64,000 bases of DNA from Haplodiscus bocki. Its lineage: Eukaryota. The notes under the pieces were generated by a model. The model was not told where the DNA came from. It did not search any database and saw only the letters and a list, made by a program, of their open reading frames with translations. This document shows, one piece after another, positions 37,301-47,988 of this stretch. The position numbers and the translations under genes are program-made. Position 1 is the first letter of the stretch, and every line of letters starts with the position of its first letter. Location of the stretch: contig OZ296650.1 in assembly GCA_965655095.1 (NCBI GenBank), forward strand, positions 4,154,001-4,218,000, written 5' to 3'.

Positions 37301-38235
37301 CATTATAGGATGTTAAAATTTTTTGTTAGACATGGAATGGTAGTAGAAAATGATCATACTGCTGTTTCATTTAAACAGAGTAAGTGGTTAGAAAAAAAAT
37401 ATAAGTTTTAACACTCAGAAACGAAATGAAGCTAAAAACGATTTCGAGAAAGACTTCTATAAATTATTAAATAATGCATTTTATGGAAAAACTATGGAAA
37501 ATGTTCGTAATCAAATAAAAGTAGAATTTATCAAAAAAGATGATGTTAATAAAAATATAAAACAACAATCTAAATTGACTTTCACTGGAATTCATAGGTC
37601 ATATGAATATTATGATAGTTATACATTCGAACAAAACGAAGTTCTTATGGATAAACCGATATACCTAGACTATAGTGTGTTAGAATTGAGAAGACTACAC
37701 ATGTATGAAACATATTATGGAAAGTTTCAATCATATTTCGGTCAGACAAATATACATCTACACTATATGGATACTGATAGTTTCGTGTTAAGTGTGAATA
37801 CAAAAGATATTATAGAAGATTTAAAAAACTTAGACGAAATTTTTGATTTTAATAATCTGGATGACAATCATGAATTATTCAGTAATAAGAATAAAAAATT
37901 GATTGGTTTTTTCAAATTTGAAACTCCTAAAAAAATTGGATTTATGAATTTATTTGTCTAAGAAGTATGATGTATGCGTTTAGTTGTGGGGATGATAGTA
38001 AAAATAAAATAAAAGGTATTTCTCAAAGTCAATCGAAAAATATTAAATTTGAAGATTATAAAAAAGGTTTCGATGGAATGGAATATCAAAGAGAATGTAG
38101 TATTTGCATTATTCGTTCAATTAACCATCAAATGCATCTTCAAGAAATAAAAAAAAATCGACATTATCTATTTTGGACGATAAACGATGTTATTTAAATG
38201 ACGCTGAAGGTGTACCATGGAATTATTATTATTGA
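34399..38235 (+). pseudogene. polB: Protein-primed family B DNA polymerase with an inserted endonuclease VII/HNH-like domain
   Basis: N-terminal 'CEIC…KKH'; 'ESGW…GSSYVKIP…INIQSDDKFCFIWSILA'; ExoI 'HADFKA'; 'KVRDHCHLTG'; ExoII 'FHNF'; 'DSYRFLSSSLDSLV'; Pol motifs 'YADANHFDGHSM', 'KLLNNAFYGK', 'YMDTDS', 'DDKR'; many frameshifts. Confidence 0.95.
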
Positions 38236-38819
38236 ATGGTTGTAAAAGTAAAAGAAAAATTTGAAAAGACTAGACATGTTAAAAATAACGACAAATATAA
38301 AAAGTATATTCTACGAAGACAAATAAATACAAAATACTATGATAGAATTCTATCTAATAAAAAGAAATCTTTTAATTTAACATACTTTTGTAGTCTCTAA
38401 ATGTTTAAGGTATTTCGACATAGTGTGAATACTTCTCAGAAATCGTGTTTTCGCTTATGACAAAAAACACCCACTGGCCAACTTTCGTGTCTAGCTTTTC
38501 AGCTGTCTATCAAGTGAGCGTTCCTGGTGGATATCCTTGTCGATCAATTGTACTTTATCAGGCTTCAAGACATGGACAGTTCCTCCATATAGCTTCTGTG
38601 CGTGATGCTGACATATTCAGTGGGACGTTGGTTAGTCGTGAACCACAAACACGACAACTATGCAAGCACAGCCTTAACTTTAGTCAATGTAACAAATACC
38701 ACTAGGCTATAGGAGGCGAAGAAGGAAAAAAAATACTAGATTTTGTATATATTTTTTCAATATCACGTAAACGTAAAAAAATACACGTGCAAGTTCATTT
38801 TACCGTTGCTTCACACGTT
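38235..38819 (-). repeat. Polinton right terminal inverted repeat (outer end truncated)
   Basis: Matches the left TIR up to '…ccgttgcttcaca' (38815), then unrelated sequence; has a single copy of the 29-bp repeat. Confidence 0.93.
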
Positions 38820-39149
38820 GGTCGTCCGCCTTCTGAATATCTGTCGTGAGGTATATCACGAGAAGAAACTTTTTCTCTCAAAACAAACATTTGGTTTGCT
38901 TTGGTGAGTCGTCACAACAATTCAGGCTGCGTAAACTCCCAGTCTTTTGGAAAAACTTTATATTCACGCACAATGTTCCTCCAGACACCTAAATTGCAAC
39001 TTTGACAAACCAGGCGAAAGAGTTTAAGCTCAAAGTCCAAAAAAATGAAATTTGCTGTAAATTTTCAAGAGCAATTTTCTGTTGTAAATACCATCCAAAT
39101 AGCTACTTTTAACAGCTCCAGATGTTTCAAAAAAGCCGAGACTTTTTCA

Positions 39150-42100
39150 AATTCCTTCCAGGAAACGTTACTGTTCACCTTTGTTGATCAACCATCGGAA
39201 TAGAAAACAACGGGTTCTGTGACTCCATTGGAAAGATTCACCAAAACACCAGGTTTGCCGATTTCTAACTCAATGTCAATAATAAATGAGAAATTGCAGC
39301 AGTCAGATTGACCAACACAATCAATACACCTTACACGATTAGAGAAAACACTTAAAAATAGCCGAGTTCTTCGTAATGAACCCGAAGCAATCCAAGTTCA
39401 ACAAACCAGTGGGCACGGCAATTCTCAACGTGATGATCGGAAGTGATCCAGACATGACGACATACCTGGATGAGCTACTTAAAACAAGTAAACCAGAACT
39501 TCAGAAAAACACAAGTCTAGGCAAAACTGAGTATCACACGCCAATACAGACAGGAATCCTCTAAAAACTGAATGAACTGAAGGAAGAAGAAAAATTGAAC
39601 ACTACAGACAATGCTGAATCAAGAGGAAAAGGCGTTGAACGGTTTGATTGGACAGATACAGTGCTCAATGAACTTCGCAAAAGAGCAGCTGAAAAACTTT
39701 TAGTCTTGGACCATGATACTTTTGCTAGAAACACGATGGACATTGGGATAAAGACAAAGAGTTCAAAGTGATACTGACACCCAAAATAAACAGAGCTGTC
39801 TACTGCAAATTCCCACCAGTGTCCATCTACGTGAAGGAAGACCTAATCGTTGAGTTTGCCTTGATGCACAAATAAGTCACCATTAGCGAAGTGCCCTTCA
39901 CCAAGTACGCAAACCCAATTTTTACACAGAGAAAACCTAACGGAAAATTACGGCTATTTGCGGTTTCGAAGAAAATTAACAGCTTGATTGCAGATGACTA
40001 TACGAAAAACAACCACCCAGGAAGCACTCTGTCAGACGTAGCACAACACTGGGCAGGGAAGTCTGTTTTCTGCAAGCTCCATTGCTCCCAAGCGTATGAT
40101 TGTTTGCAGATGGCAGATTAACGGTCTGTAGAAGTGCTTGCATTCACTTTTGTCAGGAGAACCTCTGCCTACAAATGACTTGCACAAGGTCTTAGCAGAT
40201 CTGTGTCTGCAATTTTGAGATTCCTGCGCGAGTTTTTGGATTCAGTTGTCAAGGTTGATCAGTGTACATACGTGGATGATATTGGATTTGCAGTCAATGA
40301 TGCAACGGACCCTACCCAAAACATTCGGGCAGTCTTTGAGTGCGTTTGAAAAGCAGGATTGAAGCTAACAGTAGAAAAGTGCCGTTTTTAGGTCAGACAA
40401 TTTGAATTTATTGTTAGGACCGAGTCATCGGAAGGAGTCTCCCTACAAACTCACAAGATTCGAAATTTTCTCAGCCATTTGAGATTCCCTAAATCAAAAA
40501 AACTTTGCAGTGCTTCCCGTGTTTCCTGAACTATTACAGAAATCATCTTGCCAGGATGGCCGAAGACCTTAACGTTTTCTCCAAGCCTTTAGAAACAGAA
40601 GTCCCATGGAAGAAAAAGTCAGAATTCAAAGAAATCTTTGACTGACTCAACTAAGTGCTCGGCGATGCCTGTGAGTTTTCTTTGAAGCAAACTCCGCCAA
40701 AAGAACAACTCTTCCTGATGACAGATGCCAGCTTCAAGAAATCTGGCTTTACTCTGATGAAAGAGCAAAGGTCAGAAAAGATCCAATCGAAAGGAAAGAC
40801 GTACGCGCCTGTGGCGTTTGGATCCAGATTCTTTACCCCTGCGCAAATAAAATTGTCAACCAAAGCGAAAAAAATTCTGGCGTTTTACATGGTCATTTTT
40901 CAATATGCACACAATTTGCAGGAAGCAGCAAAGCTTACAATCGCCTGAACAGACTTAGTCACACGTTTCTTTCGGACAAAAGGTAGACCACCGTCGTTGT
41001 GGAATCCATGCAATTATGAGTTGCAAGTTGACTTCATAATAGCGCACATCGCTGGTTCAGTCAATGCACCAGCTGACTTTTTCTGCAAACTGGAACTAAA
41101 AGTCACGGAGAAAACACTTGTCAAAGTCCGGGAAGACGTACGGTAAACATCCTTTGAGTGACAATATCTTCTTCAGATGACAGCCATGGACGTGATCTTC
41201 AGATAATTTTGCCTTTTTACAAAGAGTCAAAATGAAAAAACTAACAAAAGAGTCGTTTTTAACATCATGCCCAAGAACGTCTACTTACCAACAACAAATA
41301 TTTCGGCAACGGATCAGCCTTTGTGTCTAAAGTGATCAAGGAAGTGGCTGAAAAGCTCAGAATTACACGGCAGCCGCCACAAAAAAGCCAGCCAAAAGAG
41401 TCGTTTTTAACATTAAGACTAAGCACGTCTACTTACCGAGAACAAATATTTCCGACAACGGATCAACCTTTGTGTCTCAAGTGATCAAGGAAGTGGCTGA
41501 AATGCTCAGAATTACACGGCAGCCGCAACAAAAAAGCCAGCTAAAAGAGTCGTTTTTAACATCAAGACTAAGCACGTCTACTTACCAACAACAAATATTT
41601 CCGACAACGGATCAACATTTGTGTCTCAAGTGATCAAGGAAGTGGCAGAAATGCTCAGAATTACACGGCATCCGCCACAAAAAAGCAAGCGTAAACAATT
41701 GGATTGCTTGAAATAACACACGCTCCACTCAAAAAGGCATTAAAGGTTGAAACTGGTGAGCGAAGGTCATTGTGGCATATATTCGTCTGCAATGCTGTCT
41801 TTCATTATAACAAACCTCAACACGCAAGTATTGTCTGTGAACCGAGTAGAATGCTCCATCAAGGCATTCTCTAAACTGTCCGAGATTTGGAATTCGATAT
41901 TCACCCACAAATATACCCACATCAATTCAACAATTCCCTCCAGCCGTTCTGGAACAAACGGAAACGATATACCAAGACGTTCGCAAGAATGCCTTACAAA
42001 CATACATGAAGAACAAAAGCTACTATGACAAGGAAGCCAGGAAGACAAAATTAAAGGAACGAGACTACGGGTATGTCTCGCAGCCAAAAACAGGTCATGA

Positions 42101-42611
42101 GGTAAGGAAAACACCTCCTACAGAGTTGCGTTGGATTGGCCCTGACATCGTTGAAAAGGCTTTACCAAATTAACAAATGTTTCCTACATACAACGTTCAC
42201 GTCTAGTCAACCCATATCCGACGTACAATTGACGTCACAGGAATGGAAACGCTATCTTGAGGTGATCGTGAAACATGACGATTTGAAGGCCAGAGCATGG
42301 GAGTATGAATACAAAAAGTTTTTTTTCGACAACGTTCAAGATGAACTCGATATACCTACTCCACTGGAAAAAACAGTACAATCCGACTTAGCAGAAGACG
42401 GAACGAATACCATCGAGTACGAGAAAGTTGCCCTAAAACTTTTCCCCAAAATGGCGCGGTTCATGACGGAACCTATACGGATGACGAAACTAGCTACACG
42501 CGGGACGCAAATATGAAGCATCAAGGCCCTCTCCCAACAAACCTTCGAAGCACAAAAGGTGTTCTACAACATACCTCGAAGCCGAACTGCAATGGCTTTT
42601 ACAGATACTGA
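39150..42611 (+). pseudogene. pol: Ty3/Gypsy pol (RT-RNase H-integrase), 5'-truncated and internally rearranged
   Basis: 'RKPNGKLRL', 'KLHCSQAYDCLQM', 'YVDDI' (~40268), 'LMTDASF', 'SDNGS', 'RWIGP'; ends 'PNCNGFYRY*'. The integrase HHCC region is missing. Confidence 0.9.
41246..41690 (+). repeat. Three tandem ~149 bp copies within the integrase core
   Basis: 'aaaagagtcgtttttaacat' at 41246, 41394 and 41543. Confidence 0.92.
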
Positions 42612-42894
42612 CATTAGGGTATCTGAGGAAAACTTTCCTAGTAAATCCTATGATGCTCTCCGGTGCATCTCCGGAGACAAATCCGAAAAGATCCTACAAT
42701 TTGACCCCGGAAGCAATACGGATCGCCTACTGTCCTAGGCTTAGTTTTTTGAGGTTACACCCTGCCACGAAACCATTTCTTCACTCATCCGCATGGACTA
42801 CATCAAAGACTCGATCCAATGTTTACTTCGGACTGAAGACTACAAGCTTCAGAAGAAGACATACAAACCTCAGTCGGAATTAACAACGGGACAC

Positions 42895-45265
42895 TTAAAA
42901 TATGAGAGCAGCACAGCAGTCACGAATGCTCTTGCGGGTCCCGGCTCCTTCAAAGCTTTTGTCTAGAGCAGCCACAAAAACAAGGTGCTCCGACTGACGC
43001 GTTTACGGGGACTAGCAGGTGGACCGCCAACAATAGGAACAATCGGCAGTATCGTGTCTACGGTACGTATAATCTGGCTTTGGATGCCAAGCTCGTTTGC
43101 TGCATCACCGGTGATTTTGTCCGTCACAGTCACGCAAACGCGCTGAAAAGCGTTTTTCCCAGGTGCCCAAGAACAACCACCTCAAGAGACATTGCTCTTC
43201 AAATTCATTACTGTAGCAAGTAATAATTGTGACCTTTGACCCAGTCTACAGCAAGATGAAGGGTGCGGAAAAACAAGATGGTTGAATAAAACAGAAACAA
43301 GTAAAAACGACGTAAAAGTGGATTTACTACGATAGCAGAAACTTTCTCCGGAACTAACCAGCACTTCTTTCGGCAACAAAGCAACCTCAATGTCAGTAAA
43401 GCTGGCACCGAACAGAAGGACTTCCATGAGGGAGGACATTCTCACGAGCAAAGGCAAGTTAGGATCGGCTGCACCACTCTGGCCGAACAGCAGACCCTCG
43501 TGAACACACGTTCACGGTCACGCTTGACAACTGGAGCCAGCAAAATCTCCTCTTTCTGTTATTCGACTTCTCCATTATCAAGAGGGTTACCATCGAAATC
43601 GAGAATCGGCCAACCAGGAGCTTCCAACCGCAAGCCCTGATCCCGTGTGGAAAGACGAGCACCTTGAAAATGCCGTGAGTTCTCGTACGACCCATAAGTT
43701 GGCACGGAGACAACCTTGCCACAAAGTCTGGAGAAGAAGTGACACTGGTTCCCAGCAGCACCCGTTGGTCCTGTGACAAAGTATCGTCTCAGCTTGTCAG
43801 TGGCATACGAATTTTTCAACTTGTTCTTCTTGTTTAGGAACTTCTGTCACCCAGGGCTCCCGATTGACTACTCTCCACTCGTGTTTGTTGCTGTGTTGAC
43901 ACTTATGGCATTCATAGTAACTCCCTGGCCCAGCTTGTCCGGGATTTCATTCAACTCTGTGAACAAAACAAAATCAATGTACATCTTGAAGCAGGTTCCT
44001 CCTATTGGATGCGGAAAAAAATCCCGGCTCATGAAAGGATCCATTAACTGAGACTTCTACTCCTCACAAATGGACCGGCAAAACGACACAAGCTGGTGTC
44101 CGGTAGAAAAAAAAAGCTCGGTCAGGCAGGATCTGCGGTAAATTGGTCCATAACAAAAAAAGAAAGTGCAATGAAGATTGAATGAAGAACCATACTGCAA
44201 AATTCCACAAAAAACCAAAACATTACCCTCATCAGAAGCCGGCTCAAGCAGAGTGCTGCTTCGATAAGCACTGAAACAGGGAGGATGGTGGACATCACGG
44301 CCTTTCGAAACAGGAACTAAACTTCTGAACACCATTGCCTTCCTTCGTCGAATAAGGCTCTCGCTCTGAACAACAGTCGAAACTTCCTCGTAGCCAGATC
44401 ACACAGGCGCGTCCTCATCAGCACTTATGCACAAAAAAGGTTGCAAAGACATGAACGCCTACGAACGCAGAAACTGAAACAATTGTGATAAAAATCAACT
44501 CTTGATGATATCCATGAGGCCATTTCTCCTGGAAGCCCTGCTACTCACCTCGTCTGCAGACTTTGCTCCAACCACTTCAAATTCGGACGCTGACGGTTCG
44601 GTGAAGATGCCCTGGGAACATTCTGGACGACCAGCTGGCTCTCCAGATCAATCTTACAATGAAAGACAACAACCTCAAAATGCCATCTTCAGGATAAAGT
44701 GCTCACGGATATAATTAGCTTGGAAATGAAATACAGAGAGGCAAATGTGTGAGTTTGACAAGAAAAACTCAAGCAGAGTGAAGACAGGTTGAAACGAAAA
44801 CTTACACAAGGGAAGGCCAGCAGTGTCAAGAAACCCGCCTGTGTTTCGCGGGAAAACATTGCTCACGGACTCTGAAGGTGAACCCTCAGGCTCCATACCA
44901 CCACGCACTGGGCTACTGCTCCAAACCAGATCCACATATTCTTCCGCTTCATAAGCAGTGATAGATTGACCTTCTCTCAGCATCGGAAGCGCATCCCCAG
45001 CTTTGCTCGCGTCTACAACCACGGTGGCAGCAACGCACACATTCTCGTTCCGTTTTGATTCCGGATTCGCCAATCTCGCCTCTTCCGCACTTCTCTCCAT
45101 TTTCTTGACGGGGAAATCAAGGAAATTAGGGGGAACTTCTCGCTTGTCAGCTCGAACAACATGAATGACGGACTCACCCTGAGATGAGCTGGCATCCTCC
45201 ACAACCACAACACTCCCCTCCGCATTCACTGACATATTTATTCTCCCTTTGTTCAATTCAAGCAT
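42895..45265 (-). pseudogene. Antisense, intron-containing gene with a decayed C2H2/BED-like zinc finger, between pol and an LTR fragment
   Basis: Minus-strand introns GTAAGT…AAG (44805-44719), GTGAGT…TTTCAG (44548-44474) and GTAATG…CGCAG (44226-44133) link track ORFs 44675-45265, 44057-44335 and 43559-43819; finger relic 'HFFSRLCGKVVSVPTYGSYENSRHFQG'. 3' end approximate. Confidence 0.6.
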
Positions 45266-45479
45266 GTGGCTATCAAGCCATCAAGCTTCTATATGGTTGA
45301 TATAAATAAATTGTTTAATATCTTTGATTAGTTTGATTGCGAGTGATTTGTCTGCCAGCAAAAACATCAGCATGATATTTCAAGGACACAATGAGGATTG
45401 AAACTCAAAACTTCCTGAATCCCAATTTTCATTCCACGTTTTGTTTACCACTCATCAACTTCTTTTAAACCCTAGATTA

Positions 45480-46213
45480 CTCGACATTATCATTTCGAAT
45501 GCGTCCTATGAGGGAACAGAAGGATGGAAGAATTGTTTGTTTCCCTACAGAGTCCTCATTCCTACTATGATTCCTTAGTAATTTAGGTAGTTTTTCCTTT
45601 TTGTGCATGGACGTTTTTCCCACCAAATAAAGAGTAGCTATGAATAGGAGAAATGAAAGTACATCACATAGAATTTAAATTTACTGATACTGTAGAAGCA
45701 GTTAGCGTATATATAAAAAACGTGACTGTTGAATTTCCTAATTTGCTTCAAACTAAAGTTCCCCAATTCAGTCTTGGTATACTGTTGACTCTTCCGCCCT
45801 TTTTTCAAGAATGGCAACTCTGAGAATTGGAAAAAAGTTATCAGCCACGAATGGGGAGAATCATGACGATTTTCCCAGGAACAACCAGGCTAGAAATGCA
45901 ATTTCTCCAAGAATCCAGGAACACTATATTACACAAATCTCAGAAGAAATTCAGTTTCCTGTGACAAAGAAAATGTCTCAGGAGTTCGGTAGGACAAAAA
46001 GTCGCATTTTGGGCGTCCTATGCCGCGGCTAGATGAGTTTTTTCAGAACCCACAAGCCCGGGTTCACTCCGGACCTGTTCCCGAGACATCTCGAAAGTTT
46101 GCAGAGAAAACGGCGGAACGATTGAAGACAGTTCCCAGAATGATCCTCATACCGAAGTGGGGTCTCATTGAGCCACTCTTAACAGAAATTAAACACAGAA
46201 GAGACCCCCTACA
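45480..46213 (+). mobile_element. 3' part of an LTR of the 1.7 kb type, containing the gag N-terminus (ATG 45811)
   Basis: U3 block 'gcgtcctatgagggaa…ggatgga', decayed TATA 'tatgaataggagaaatgaaagtac', 'MATLRIGKKLSATNGENHDDFPRNN…'; ends '…ctaca' 403 nt after the ATG with no TGG PBS following. Left edge not defined. Confidence 0.75.
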
Positions 46214-47988
46214 GGTATCGTTTTCTACTTTCAGAAGGGACAACGAACTGGGGTTCCTTGCTTTTTGCCAAAGCAAGAGATGTTTCATGGAACTCTAAAA
46301 AAACAGAGATATGCAATTGCTTTTGTGGTTTTGTAGATAATGAAACTTACAGTCTTTTAAAGCCTTGGGCTTGAATTCTTCGGACAAGGTCTCAATCGAC
46401 AACTTTACATTCAGTGAAGATTTTTGTGAAACTCATTGTTGTGTTCGACCGATTATTTCCTTACCCTCCCTGACAGAAAAACTTTCAGTGCAACTGCGTT
46501 TCTTGTAAGAACATTCAGTCACACTCCTGTTCTTGAATTTATTATTTTCTCAGTCCACATGCTGGAAGTCGTCGAAGTTTGTACATTTTGTCAACCAGCT
46601 GTTGACTGGTTAATCAATATCTAGCAAAAAACGTGTGAAAAATGAAAATGATTACTGCTTTTACAGAGTGATGTGTTAAAAAATGAGCTATGAATTTGCT
46701 GTCGCAACATGTCTGTGAAGTATGCGGACAAATGATTCCTCCGATAAAGGACTTTCCAGCACCGTCAATGAAAAATTTGAAACTCCACAAACACTCAAAC
46801 TATACATTTACATGCTAATAAACTCTTAACATTATTCATTATACTTTAATTCATGTAAACGATACGCAGTGGTTACGTATCGTTCCACAAATTTCACTCC
46901 ACGTTAAAAGCTTGTATCCTTTACGTGCAACTCCGGTGAACTGATCCAGATTGGGACGGAGCAACTATGGAACACACGGATCTTCATTTACTTTCGCTAC
47001 TGTAAACTTATATTTTTCTTTGGTGCTACTTTCAGAACTAATTTTACTAATTGGCATTCAAATCCACCTTTTTCGATTGACTTGTGGAAAGTTTTATATC
47101 AAGATTGAAAGTGTCAACAGGTTTGCAATATCTATTAGAGCTATTATCACAGAGCGTGACTTTGAAAGTGATTATTTGTTCCGTATGCGTTTCGTCGAAA
47201 GGAAATTGGTGACGTCACGAGATTTCCAGCCAATCCGCTGCGTCGCTTTGGACGAACATAGAATGGTTACGTCGGCACCCATTTCATTCTTTTCAGTAGC
47301 ACTGCCGAGAGCAGTGCTGCAAGCGGCTACCGAATTTGTCCAGAACGCTTCAGCCAAAATAAGGAACGGGCTAGTTGAAAGGAGAAAACGGGCTAGAAAA
47401 AAGCCTAGTTTTGATCCCAGCAGTGGATTTAATCGATGCAATAAGTAAACACATTGACTTTATCCAACGTTTTTTTCTTTTTGTTTCAAGTATTCCACTT
47501 ATATTTGGTCCATTTTCAGTAATTATCTCTTAACGAAAATCATTTTGATCTTTTGTTTGTGTTTCGGCGCGGGAATAACCAATTCAATGTCCTTTTCTGA
47601 CGGATTAGACCCGTACTTTTTTCTGTTGAAAAGTGGAAAAGTCGCAGTCATTGGAATATTAAATGGACAGAGAGGTGTTTTTTCCCGCCAGGTTCGGCAT
47701 TATTCTTTCATAGATAATATCAATAAAGTACTTCTCCCTATTTGTACCTTGAATTGGCGTGTAAACAAATATCTATCCGGCAAGGACAGAGTATAAATAG
47801 GAAAAACGAAAGTACTATTAATAATATAGAAACTTGTAACCTTTTTTAATGTACCTTTTTTCTGAAATCATTAACTGTTTGCTTTCGTTGAAACGCTTTT
47901 CCCTCAAAATGGAGGAGATCGACACTTTCGTTATAAATTGGAAAGTCAACTCAGCCTCCAATACTGACAGATTTTTCCCCTCAGACTC

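Larger units (their letters stand above)
20340..38819 (+). mobile_element. Polinton/Maverick (adintovirus-like) endogenous DNA virus, decayed
   Basis: AT-rich, gene-dense block bounded by long TIRs; encodes pPolB, rve integrase, A32/FtsK ATPase, MCP, mCP and a cysteine protease. Right outer end appears truncated; left terminus lies somewhere in 20340-20435. Confidence 0.96.

Noticed and set aside
43950-43985. Apparent minus-strand splice acceptor 'ttttgttttgttcacag'
   Set aside because: No good donor upstream, and the segment reads as part of the coding frame ('IDFVLFTE') leading to the zinc finger.
46951-47448. 165-aa ORF inside the LTR U3
   Set aside because: TTG start, not preserved in the related LTR copies, no motif.
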